A stretch of DNA of 64,000 nucleotides, taken from Azolla caroliniana. Its lineage: Eukaryota > Plantae > Polypodiophyta. This document shows positions 9,267 through 21,260 of the stretch, one piece after another. Positions within the stretch are counted from its first letter, which is position 1, and each line of letters starts with the position of its first letter. The notes under the pieces were generated by a model. That model had not been told where the DNA came from and did not search any database. It saw nothing but the letters and a program-made list of their open reading frames with translations. The position numbers and the translations under genes were made by a program. The DNA lies in contig JBHGNT010000022.1 of NCBI GenBank assembly GCA_043228905.1, positions 12,710,001 through 12,774,000 on the forward strand, read 5' to 3'.

Positions 9267-12200
9267 ATGAACACTCAAATGGGAAGCGCTCTTCCTACGA
9301 AGAAGCTCGACAAAACGAACTTTGCACCTTGGGAGTACAAGATGCATCAATACCTTGTCGGACAAGGTTGCTAGAGCTACAGTGAAGGAGCTCACGAAAC
9401 GCAACCCAACCCAACACACGCCGACTATCCCGCTTGGGAGCAGGCCACGAGCCGTGTGTTGTATTGTCTAGCATCACGCGTTCATGATCATATGCTTGGC
9501 TACATTTGAGAGGTAAAAACGCCGAAGCAGGCGTGGGAAAATCTCAAGAAGATTTTCGTAGCCAATACGGCCGCACGCAAGCTCCAGCTTCGTTAGGAGC
9601 TGAATAACATCCAACAAAGGGACATGTCAATCTCAAGTTATACCTTGAAGATCAAGGAGCTATGTGACGCCCTCGGATCGATCAACGTCGTTATTGATGA
9701 TGAAGAAGTGGTGTAGATATATATGCCTCGGAGGCTTAGCATCTCGTTTCGGCGCGATTAGATCAGCCATTCTTGCAAGGGAGAACCCTCCTTCTTCGAC
9801 CTTCAATCGATATTGTTGGTCGAAGAGAATCACGCTCGACAGAGGAGCAACGCATCAGATAGTCATTTGCCCTACTCCCAGTCAGATAATGGAAAAGATT
9901 TCGGCCGTGGAATCAGAGGTCGTTTCGGACAAGGCCATAATGATCAGCCGAATCAAGGGCGTAACTCCCACCAGTGGCAAGCGGATAGGAACGGGCCCAT
10001 AGAGCTTGGCAGACGGGGGAGTCATAATGCCGGACCGAGCAATTGCCGAAACCAAGTCGAGTGCAGGTACTGCGGAAAACCCGACCACTACAAAGAAGAG
10101 TGCCAAAAGAAGAAACGTGAGGCAGGCCGACAACTCACGAACTACGCAACAAATTCTGACTACGGCGATCGTGGCGGAATGTTCGTAATGAGGCATAAAG
10201 CACACTCAATGTCCGCATAGGCTTCAACTAGCGCCCCCGCCTCAAATCTCGGGTGCGTCCAACCATATGACGTCTCATGAAGATTGGTTCCGGTAACTGC
10301 GTAAACCCGATCAGCCCGGATATGTCGAGACTGGCGATGACACGACTCATTCAATACAACATATCGGGAATGTCCCATTTAGAAATGACGGGGACCAAAC
10401 TTACCTCAAGAACGTCTTGCATGTCCCAACAATCATGAAGAACCTGATCTCAGTAGGTCGGATTGTCAAACAGGGAATGCAAGTACGATTCAAGAATGAT
10501 GGTCGTTTTATCGAAAAAGGCGATCGAATCGTAGCCCACGACCGTCGTGAAGGCCGTATGTTCATCCTCAAGTCGAGCGAGGTAAAGTCGGCCATGTACA
10601 CAAAGGGCCAGAAAGTCGAAACTTACTTGAAATTGTCGCACAAGAGGATTGGCCACATTAATCTCCAGAAGCTTCAGAACATGCAGACGAAAGGAATCGT
10701 AATCGGACTTCCGAACTTTACGGCAAAGCAGATCACGGGTGGGCCAATTCGGAAAGCAACATCGTCACCCATTCTCTAAGGAGCGGAATGCGAGCAAAGG
10801 GATCCTTGATGTAATACATTTAGATGTGTGGGGACCAGCCCAAATGGCTACCTTCAGCGGATGCCGTTATTATGTCACGTTCATCGACGACTTCTCCAGG
10901 AACACCTGGATCTACCCGATGAGACAGAAGAGCGAAGTGTTCAGACACTTCCAGAAGTTCAAAGCCGAAATAGAAAAAGCTTTGAGCCGTCATGTATGCT
11001 TCCTTCGATCAGACGGAGGTAAAGAATACTTTTCGAATGAGTTCACGGAGTATCTCCAAAAAGAAGGAATCCAACGAGAGTTCTCGTGCCGATATACGCC
11101 TCAGCAAAACGGCGTAGGAGAGCAGAAAAATAGGCACATAGTCGAAGTCGCGCGAGCTATGATGAATGAGAAGAACTTGCCAAAATCATATTGGGTAGAA
11201 GCGGCAAATACGGCCGTATACCTCATGAATAGGTGCACAACCTCAGGAGTACACGACATAACTCCGCATGAGAAGTTTTTCGGGAAGAAGCCGAACTTAT
11301 CGCATGTCTGCATTTTCGGCTCAATCGCCTATGTACACATTCCTGAAGATATGCGGCAAAAGCTCGATCCAAAGTCGGAGAAATGTATCCTCGTGGGATA
11401 CTTGCTCGAACAAAAGGGGTACAAATGCTACAACCCATCTACCCGAAAAGTTTGCATCAGTCGAGACGTAGTCTTCGACGAGTCTGCATCCTAGTACGCA
11501 CCAGAGAATACTTCGACTTCGCTCGACGCGGATGACACCGAAATAAGAATAGAAGCCAAGGATCGGCTCACGCAGATGTTCGAAGACAGCCCAACTACGA
11601 CACGGCTGAGTGGACCGCAAGAGCCCCCAAGTGATAAAAGCACATTTCGGCCAAGTCCAAAGCTAGACAAAGGCAAGGCGAAAATGCAAGAATACGAAGA
11701 TCATTTCGATCTTGACAGTGAGTTCGAAGGCCTGGACATTCACACAGACGGCGTGAAGAAACCTCTAGAGTTCGCAAACGACAAGCGACACCGATCTACG
11801 TGTGAGAAGAACCCCGTAAACCGTTATGACTATGATGAGTACTTAGCGTATCATTACGCCTTCATGATGAAGGTAGCGTCAGTACGGGAGCCAGAAACGC
11901 TTTCTAAAAACGTGAAGGATCCGCGATGGGTTAATGCGATGAATGAGGAAATGGAAGCATTATGTAAAAACGAGACATGGGATCTCGTTCCTCATCCCCC
12001 GAACAAGAAACCGATCGGCTGTAGGTGGATTTACAAAGTGAAACATAATGATGACGGCTCTATAAATCGCTTCAAAGCACGACTCGTTGCAAAAGGATAC
12101 GCTCAAACACACGGTGTAGACTACGAAGAGACCTTTGCCCCAGTGGCAAAGATGACCACAGTACGAACCATAATTGCACTCGCCGCAGCGAAAGGGTGGC

Positions 12201-13453
12201 ACCTCCACCAAATGGACGTGAAAAACGCCTTCCTTCAAGGAGAGCTAGAAGAAGAAGTGTATATGATACAACCACCCGGATTCAAATCGCGTAAACATCC
12301 GCACACCATATGCCGACTCAAGAAGCCACTTTATGGCCTCAAACAAGCACCACATGCTTGGCATTCGAAGATCACGCAGTATCTTCATTAAGTCGGATTT
12401 TGGATGTCAAAATCCGACACTTCCCTATACATCCGAAACGAGTCGAATAGCCCGACAATCATCATCTTGTACGTGGATGATTTGGTCATCGGAGGAAAGG
12501 ATCTCGCCGAGATTAACAAAGTTAAATCACTTCTTTTCAGTAGATTCGAAATGAAAGACCTGCACGAACTTCATTACTTCCTAAGTATTGAAGTCATTCG
12601 GACACCAATTGGGATAATGATCTCACAACGGCACTACGTCCTCAACTTACTGTACAAATTCGGAATGACAGAGTGCAAACCTGTGACTACCCCTCTTGAT
12701 CGCAATCTCAAGATTGATGCCAGTTCCGGCACGGCCGAGACTGAACCGACTCAGTATTGCCAATTGATCAGTAGCTTGATCTATCTCACCATTACACGAC
12801 CTGACCTAAGTTATTTGGTCGGCCTACTTAGCTAATTCATGCAGAATCCACGAAACCTTCATCTTGATTGTGCTAAGAGGATACTACGGCATGTCAGTAC
12901 GACAATGGATCACAACATCTTATATAAGTCGAATACGACTGTTCGACTCGGAGGTACACAGACGCGGACTGGGCAGGATGCAAAGCAGATAGACGATCCA
13001 CGTCCGGATTCGTCTTCTCCCTCGGCAACGGAGCGATCTCCTAGAGCAGCAAGAAACAACTGACAGTCGCACTGTCGAGCACAGAAGCCGAATACAGGGG
13101 TGCGGTAGTCGCCGCATGTGAAGCCATATGGCTTAAGCGCGTACTGAAGGATCTAGTCGTTCCCATCAAAGATCCAATACGCATGTACTGCGACAACATG
13201 AGCAGTATCTACTTGACGCGCAACCCCATATTTCACGCGCAGACAAAACACATCGAAGTGCACTACCACTTCATCCGCGAGCGCGTCTAGGTCGGAGAAA
13301 TCGATCTCCAACATATCAGCACGCACCTCTAGGTTGCTGATATATTTACAAAGGCCTTGGGAGTAGATAAGCTCGAGCAATTCGCATCGGATCGTGGTCT
13401 CATGCCGCCTACATTGCCGAGCTTGAGGGGGAGTACGAAGAGTATGCATTGAT
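9267..13453 (+). pseudogene. Copia gag-pol polyprotein, disrupted by many stops and frameshifts
   Basis: Gag KLDKTNFAPWEYKM, zinc knuckle CRYCGKPDHYKEEC, GAG-pre-integrase HKRIGH, integrase [61 protein letters not shown], RNase H YCDN..TKHIEVHYHFIRE..ADIFTK. Confidence 0.93.
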
Positions 13454-13512
13454 ACGCAGATATGTACGCCGAACATCAAACCGAACAGATGGAAGTTGTG
13501 TTCGAAGGGGCG

Positions 13513-13691
13513 TGTTGAGAATCAAACTCAACTTCTCATAGGTTCACACTAGCCCATGGACATACCAGGCTAGTTTTGTAAATAGTAGAAAGGGCGCTTT
13601 CCCTAGTTTAGTTGGTATATAAACCAACTCATTGTAACTTAGTTGTTGTTGGAAGTCTTATGTAATATACAGTTTGATTATCTCTGTCTTG

Positions 13692-13723
<32 letters not shown>
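13513..13723 (+). repeat. 3' LTR, left part (up to the CT microsatellite)
   Basis: Matches 8892-~9070 with about 9 substitutions; (CT)n at 13694-13723. Confidence 0.93.
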
Positions 13724-13726
<3 letters not shown>

Positions 13727-15960
13727 ACCGATGAAAAAGATCCGGACCAATTTGGGAAGTTACTCCTACAAATGTGCAATAGTACCGGATTGCTTAATAT
13801 TGTAAATGGTATTTCCTTATGGCCCAACACTAATGGTTTTACATGTAGAAAACACAACGGAAATAGTGTGATTGACTATGTGCTACTTTCCGATGGTATT
13901 TTGGATCGTATACATAAATTTTCACTTGGTGAATGGACACCGGAATCCGATCATAGGCCTTTATGTATTGATCTCAAATGTATGCATAGGTTTGATTGTG
14001 AGAAGGCTATTGAAGATAATAAACAACCGCACTTGAGCATGAACCTTAAGCGAGCACCCATGTATTCCAAGATGGTTGAGGATATGTTAGAAATGATAAA
14101 GATACAACATGGTGCCACACTAGAATGCAAATGGGAAGCTTTCAAGAAAGTCAAATGTTTTTTGACCAACCGCACATCTTGGAAATGCACCAAGAAACTT
14201 AGGAAAAAATGGTTTGATAAAGAATGTCGTGAAGCTCGAAAGTGCCTTATGGTTTTGGATGTAGTTAAGGATAAAGAGAATTACCAAAAACATTTGCATG
14301 AGTATAAAAGGCTTATTCAAAGAAAGAGAAGAATATGGGAAGTTACTCAACAATTTATACAAACCCAAGAGAAAGCACATGCATGTGCTAAATTTTGGGG
14401 AAATTTGAAGGGAAAACGTGTTGAGAGTTATGGTGACTTAAGGTGCCAAGTGAATATATGCTTGCAATTTCCCGAATTTATGAGAAGGTTATATGTTGTG
14501 TGCGCATGAGAGATAAACTTTCAGATTTTTTCAAAAGCACTATTGGTGTTAAGCAAGGATGCCCACTCTCACCAACACTATTTGGTCTATGCATTGATGA
14601 ATTGGAAGAAATGGTTACCAAGTTTGCAAAGGAAGAATGTGTTGAAGAAGTTGCATTGGGAATGTTGTGATTATGCTTTTGCTATATGCAGATGATGTAG
14701 TGCTTTTTGCAAATACTTTAGGAGATGCACAAAAGCTTATGAAGGCATTGGAAAAATTTTGCATGCATACTAAATTTAGTGTCAATAGCTCTAAAACAAA
14801 GATTATGCTTGTGAAGAGCCAAAAAAGAGATAAACCATGCATTATGTACAACAATGAGCCACTTGAATGTGTGGAAAGCTTCAAATATCTTGGCCTTGAA
14901 GTTCCTTCAAATCATAGATGGAATGAATGTGCTACACGCCGCTTAGAGGCGGGCAAGCGAGCATACTATGCATTTGAGAACACATGCAATCTTGGAGATA
15001 TTAAGTGTTGGGTCCTTAAGAAATATCTTTTCGACACTTTGGTGACATTGGTTCTTCTCTATGGGGTGGAAGTATGGGGCGGTAGCATCCCTAAATCTAT
15101 GTGGAAAGAGTTTGAAAATGTCCAAAAGCATTTTCTTACCAAGTTTCTACAAGTTAAGAAACAAACGCCCTACACTCTCCTCCTCCTTGAGACGGGATCG
15201 CTTCCCATTGAGATCATGGCCATGGAAAGGGTTGTTGAATACATGCTTAAGGTTCAAAAAAGTCCCTCACATCGACTTCCTAGAATTGCATGGGAAGCAA
15301 GCAAAAAGATCCAAAAGACGCATAAAAGCAAAATTTTGTGTTCCGGTTGGATGCAAGATATAGAAAAATGGTTTGGTAGATGGGATGCGAGACACTTGCT
15401 TCATGATGCATCATTAGATTCCTTTGTAAATGAGGCATTTTTGCAATGCCAATGTATCATGACATGGGACAAATGTGGAGGCTCACGCTTCACACATTAT
15501 ACTACACATGTTGCACGTAATTACAAAACCATATTCTTTGCGGAACGGGGAAATCGTACACATCCATACATGTTAGAGCCCATACCGTTATCTGCCATTC
15601 GAACCATTGCTTCCATGCGACTTAGCTCACATGCATTGCGATGTGAAACAGGGCGTTGGGGTACAAGTGATGAGAGTGGTCGGCTATGCACACTTTGCCC
15701 TAAACAAGTTCGTGAGTCTGAGTATCACACTTTGTTACAATGCTTTGCCTTTGATCATATTCGACCATGCTTTCCACATCTCTTCGATCAAGCCCAATCT
15801 TTGCATGAATTCCTCTCACAACCACAATGTGTACTCTCGATTGCAATATTCATTGGTAAAGTTCTTGAACATCGAGAGTCACTACTCACTTTCACACGTA
15901 TCACGTGAAATGTAATATTTTTGGTCTCATAGGTCATATTTGACCTCCGAAGACAATAAT

Positions 15961-15964
<4 letters not shown>
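13724..15964 (+). mobile_element. RTE-X-like non-LTR retrotransposon (5'-truncated, internally deleted) nested in the copia 3' LTR
   Basis: APE C-terminus (SVIDYVL, PESDHRP), KWFDKECRE, RT GVKQGCPLSP/LLYADD/FKYLG, C-terminal SSHALRCETGR..CTLC..ESEYH..C. Short 3'UTR with stem-loop aggtca-tatt-tgacct (15931-15946), AAT-type tail, (CT)n on both sides. Confidence 0.9.
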
Positions 15965-16016
<52 letters not shown>

Positions 16017-16089
16017 TTGCTACACACACCCACACATAGTCTCTCATCTTCTGCTGCATTGCAATCACCACAGACTCCATTTCTTAACA
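15965..16089 (+). repeat. 3' LTR, right part: (TC)n plus terminal 77 bp
   Basis: tgttgctacac...ttcttaaca matches ~9090-9164. Confidence 0.92.
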
Positions 16090-16265
16090 CCCAAAGACGA
16101 ACCTAAGTGTGAGAATTGCGTCTCGGGCCGATTCAGATTGCGCACTGAAAAGCATTTGATAGATTCCGCGAATCGGAGGCAGAGCATCATGGCAGAGCGT
16201 GTGATGATGGCTTAGACTCCCCCAACCCAGGACTTGTTCAGGGAAATTGCACACAATCAAGTAGT
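16090..16265. repeat. Copy 2 of the ~190-bp direct repeat flanking the copia element
   Basis: Colinear with 8677-8885 but without the poly-C expansion. Confidence 0.85.
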
Positions 16266-16274
16266 AGTCTTGTT

Positions 16275-16855
16275 ACATGTTGCCCCCCAATGTCTCTTGG
16301 CTCATATAAAAAATGATTGGCAAATGAGTTGTATGGAAGCAATTATTCGAATAATAGACAACGACCATAGGCTCTAACAGGTACTACGCTCTCTTCATCA
16401 CATGTAGCACAATCCATCCAATCTATGATTTGGAAAAACATCAAGGTCAAGGTAGTCGAAGCTTTCCAGTATTTCAAGTGGCTCATTATTGTACATAGTA
16501 CATTGTTTATTATTGTTTTGGCTCTAATACACATAATCTTCAGTTTAGAGCTATTGACAATCTACATATTGTGCATACAAAATTCTTACAATGCCCAAGT
16601 GTTTCAAGAAGCACCACAATACGTGTTTATGACAAACACATGATGACCATGTCCCAATTGCAACTTCTTCAATGCCACTTCCTTTACAACCTTCGCAAAC
16701 AATTATTTGGATTCTCACTTACCACCAATATTGCTATTGAAAGAATTTGAAATTCCTTTACCCATACACACCATACTATTGATAAATTAGTCAGTCGGTT
16801 TTCAAACAAATTCATAGATTTTGAATATTAACGTAAGAAAATACTTATGGGTTGT
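16275..16855 (-). mobile_element. Old degenerate RTE-X-like RT fragment, same family as 13724-15964, opposite orientation
   Basis: Reverse complement aligns to ~14443-15090, e.g. gtcaatagctctaaa, tatgtacaa(t/c)aatgagccacttgaa, ttgaagaagttgca. Confidence 0.8.
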
Positions 16856-17043
16856 TAGGGTTATCTATTTTAATTTTAGTGGTTCTCAACATGTCATGTC
16901 AATATATGCTGGGGAATTCCAATCCATACTAAAAGATATTTGCAAATTTTAAAAATATGCACAACATTTTAGGAATTTTTGAGTAAAATTTGGGGCATTG
17001 TGGTAATCATCCCTACAATTTAAGACCACCATACTTGCATGGA

Positions 17044-20000
17044 TTTTTCTTTTCTTTTCTTTTTTCCAAAATGAAGCTACTTTCCCATTAGTTAGGTAGG
17101 ATTATTACAAAGAGACTATACAAGGAGGCTTCAACATAGATCGGGGAATCTCCCTCTAATCAAGTTCAAGAAATTGAGACTAGTTACATCACCTTTCGAA
17201 CTGACTACTTAGTGTAAGTACCTACAGCTAAAACAGTGCCCTGCAATGATGGCTAGTACGAGACAACTCTTGGGGTCGACAACAAAGGGAGGGTGGTAAG
17301 TGAGCCAGAAACAGCCTGCGTGGGGGCTGGTAGTTCCACCTCGGGCCACTTCGTCCTTGTGTCATCATAGGCGTGTTTCGCCATTTCTGCCAAAAGCGCA
17401 AGCGGGCAGTACCCACGTCAGAGGAATGGTTGCAAACCTTGTCCAATTGCCCTTGTAGGCAGCTAATAAGCGCAAGCCATATGTCCATGATCACTTTCTT
17501 CGAGGGTTGCACCAGATCCTAGAAGACCTTTAGGCAACGTGCTTTCCATACGTACCACAGGGTGAAGCTTGCGATCAACATCCAAATGTCCAGGAACCTA
17601 GGGGATGCGGACTGCAAGCCTCTCTTAAATCGAATCTTGGCGATTTTTCCCCTCATGCATACATAGCACCAACTATCCGCATTGAAGGCGTCTGTCCACC
17701 TATCAACAGAGTGATCAAGCCATGCCGCAACACTCCACGATGTTGTTCCTTCCACTTCACATGCCGCAAGGAGGCGAGTCACTCTATCCCATACCTTTTG
17801 AGCATGAGGGCAATCCCACAGACAATGCCTCAGAGTCTCAATAGGTGAATGGCAAAGTGTGCAGCCTAACGGGCCGCCACATTTACCTAGCCATTCGCCA
17901 ACGGGAACCACATTATGACTGATTTGCCACCAAAAAAACTTTATCTTTTCCGGCAAGTGGAGACGCTAGAGACCCTTCCAAAAGGTAATGAGCACCTCAT
18001 CAGGGATGCCCAATGTACGCTAGCCATTGAGTAAGGGGCCGTCTAGTTGCAGTTGAAAAGCCCGACCCAGTTTAGTGTTGTACTCGAAGAAATGGTGAAA
18101 TCTGCCATCATGGTTCCACCTGAAATCCCCTGGGTCCCATTCTAGTTCGACAAGGGTACGACAACCATATACCCATAACTTCCAATGGGGTTCCACCTTA
18201 GCAACATCCGGGTCTATCTTCCAGATGTTACCAACTTGCGCCACCACGCGGATAGGGTGCCAAGAGCCCCTACATTGACTCTCCCCAAAAATCCTATCTC
18301 TTCCCAATCCGCTCACGCACTTCAACACCTTAACCCTTCCAGCCTCATCAAAGAGACCAAACCAAGCATCTTCTCTCATCTCCCCCATCAGAACCCTATC
18401 AACTGCCTCACCTAGCAATCTCCGCATTTTCATGGCTCCCTTGAGGGGAGGGAATGGGACCTTCTGGGCTCCTCCTAAAGCCAATGTGTGTCTCCAATCA
18501 TCCAAATAGTGAACCCCTGTTTGCGTAAGCTTTCCCCATGCTAGGCCCTTAAGCTGGCCTAACATCATGTCGTCACTTGTTCGCACCTGAGGGTTCCAAA
18601 ATAATGGTTGTCTAGACCACTTGGTTAGTGTCTTCGGCGTGTGCTTGACCAAATGATGTCGTACATGACACCATGCCCGTAGGATGGAGTTCGTGACCCT
18701 ATCCTCCGAAAGACAAGCCATCTTGGGTGGGACGCCGCTCGTGCAACACCAATTCAAGGAGTCAAGCCAAGGCCTACCATACTTGGGAGTCCCTGCCTGC
18801 AACCTATTGCGAAGTAGAACCTTCCAACACCCCTTACCTAGCAGGAGGCTGCGAACCACCATTTTGGCCAGCAATGCTCGGCTCTACATTAAGGGGTCTA
18901 TGAGGCCAAATCCCCCTTTGGCCCGCGGTTGTGTTAACCAATCCATGACACTCTTGCGGCAGCCATCGGGTTGTCCTTTCCTGACCATATAAACCCTCTA
19001 ATGGCAGCCTTAACCGCGCGCAAGCCTGAAGGGTCCATAATCCAGCACGAGACTGAGTGCCCTACCAGCAAAGGATAGTTTAGACCTGCTCCATTCGTTC
19101 AACTTCTTGCTTAGTTTGGCTTGCACATGTGACAATTGCGCTCCCTTGGGGATTGCCCTCCCCATTGTAAATCCGAGGTACTTGAATGTCGTCCCATCAA
19201 GGACCCATGCAAATCAACATGGGGATGCCACCTCGGCTTCTCTTGTTTGCTAAACCAGAGGCCTTGTGTTTTATCCCAATTGATCTTGGCACCGACAGCC
19301 TGACAAAAGTCATCAACAAGATGTTCAGCTCGCTGCAAATTTGCATCATCGCCCTCCAAAAAAAGGACCGTATCATCGGCATATTCAGATAACAAAAGAT
19401 CCTCAGTCACATTTGGGATGGGCAATCCCCTTAGTCCACTGCTTGGTGCTTGAAAGTAGGCTGAGAAAGCCTCGGTTACAAAGAGATAGAGATATGGGGC
19501 TAGGGGACAACCTTGCCTCACTGAGCGATGTAGTTGGAAGGCGGGGCCCCTTGCACCAGATACCAACATGCTACTGGTAGCAGTCCGATAGAGTGCAGAA
19601 GTGCAATTCCTCCATTGCGGGGGAAGGCCCATAGCTCTCATCACGCTTTCCAAAAAGGGCCATAACACCCTGTCGTAGGCCTTCTCAAAGTCTAACATCA
19701 GAATAGCCGAGCTCGATGCGTTGCGATCTGCCAATGCCATAACTTCCCAAAGAAGCAACACATTATCAAAGATACACCTACCCCTAATAAACCCTATTTG
19801 ATTCTCATGTATGATGTCTGGTAGGAAGCTTGCTATCCGCCTAGCTAGAACTTTTGCGAGTATCTTGTATATCGTGTTAAGGATCGTGATTGGACGCCAT
19901 TAGCGCAGCTCGAGGCTTCGCCCTGCCGCTTTAGGGATGAGATAGATCATCCCCTCCGCCAGTCCAATTGGCATCGCTCCTAAGGACAAAATCTCTTGAA

Positions 20001-21260
20001 TCCTGGCTTCCTTTGATGGGATAACGATTTCCCAATGAATCTCGTGAGAGACCATCAGGGTCGGGGCATGCTCCTCTCCGCAAATCCCGAAGTGCCTCCG
20101 AGAGTTCTAATCGAGAAATGGGGCTATCGAGCACAACTTCCATCTCATGGTGACCTTGGGGTGAATGCAAGCCATCACTCTCTCAGCCAGCTCCGTGTTT
20201 TGCTGCATATGCACATGTGCGAGCAGGTCGCGATAGTATTGGGTTGCCATATGCAGAATCTCATCCTTGTCCTCCGTTATTGAGCCGTTTGGTTTGCGTG
20301 GCCCTTGTATATGTCCACCACCACCCTTGGGTGCCCTGGAGTGAAAGAAATGACGGTTGATCTTGTCAACTGTTCTAGCCCACCCTGTTACGGCCCTGTG
20401 AAATAACATGCGGTTCTTCTCCAACGTCCTTTCCCGCAGCTTCAACTTTGCTTCCTCCATCTTAGCTCTAGACCAATGCAACTAGGGTCTGCTTGTAGCA
20501 TTCATTGTGCGGCCGCAACGAACTTCCGTAATTTTGTTTCAATGGCTCTAGCCTAATGGAGGGTCAGCTTGGTTTCCTGTTGTAAAAAGGAGGAGAGAGC
20601 CAGTTTCTTCTGCAAATCCTCACTAGCCGATTCACTTACAATGGTCTCCCGCCATATGCTCTGCAACCCTGCTTTCACCTTTGCACTCTTCATGATCTTT
20701 GTGGGGATTTTCATAGTAAGACTCCCCTTGCTACCGCGGGGTGGGTTAAGGTCTAGTCTCATCGGGTGGTGATCCGAGAAGGTAAGACCTGCCAAGATAG
20801 CGAAGGAGCCCCCCAACTCTTCAAGGGACGAGCTGATGTATATGCGGTCTAGCCACGCAAGACTACCACCCCTAGCATTCACTGCAGCTCGAGAGAAGTG
20901 TAGCGAATGTGAGCATCTCCTAAGGGAAGAGCCCCATGTATCCTTCACCCCAATTTTCCCAATTAAGAAAGCCCATGAGTCCAACTCCACACCATGAAGC
21001 GGTATTTGGGTCCCCCTTTTCCTATCTCCCAGATGCTCAGTCATGTTGAAATCTCCGGCCATTACCCACACCTCTGCTTCCGACAATGTTGTCGCTAACC
21101 TCCTCCAAAAGATTGCTCTCTCGAGGGAAGAGTTAGGGGCATAAATGTTTAGCACCCCAATCTGAAGGCGATTCCACTTCAACAGCACATATAAGGCTCT
21201 ACCCTGCTACCAACGTGCCATGTGATGTTACTTCGTAACGAGCCTGATCGCTAATGGAGG
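17044..21260 (-). mobile_element. L1-clade LINE, near-complete ORF2 (APE + RT + zf-RVT), ORF1 missing, frameshifted
   Basis: APE NIYAP/MAGDFN/LDRIY/SDHHP (20553-21188); RT LDFEKAYDRV, SVRQGCPLAPYLY, EYADD (19111-19761); zf-RVT KIKFFWW..CTLC..ETLRHCLWDC (17519-17956); T-rich tail at 17044-17065. Confidence 0.92.

Larger units (their letters stand above)
8892..16089 (+). mobile_element. Full-length but decayed Ty1/copia LTR retrotransposon; 3' LTR interrupted by a LINE
   Basis: TG...CA LTRs (8892-9164; 13513-16089 split). PBS TGGTATCAGAGC at 9165-9176, purine tract before 13513, TSD CCCAG/CCCAA. Domain order gag-CCHC-PR-IN-RT-RH. Confidence 0.95.

Noticed and set aside
13643-14509. 288-aa ORF as an LTR-LINE fusion protein
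   Set aside because: The start is a non-ATG codon in the LTR and the frame passes through (CT)n; a chance read-through into a truncated LINE ORF.
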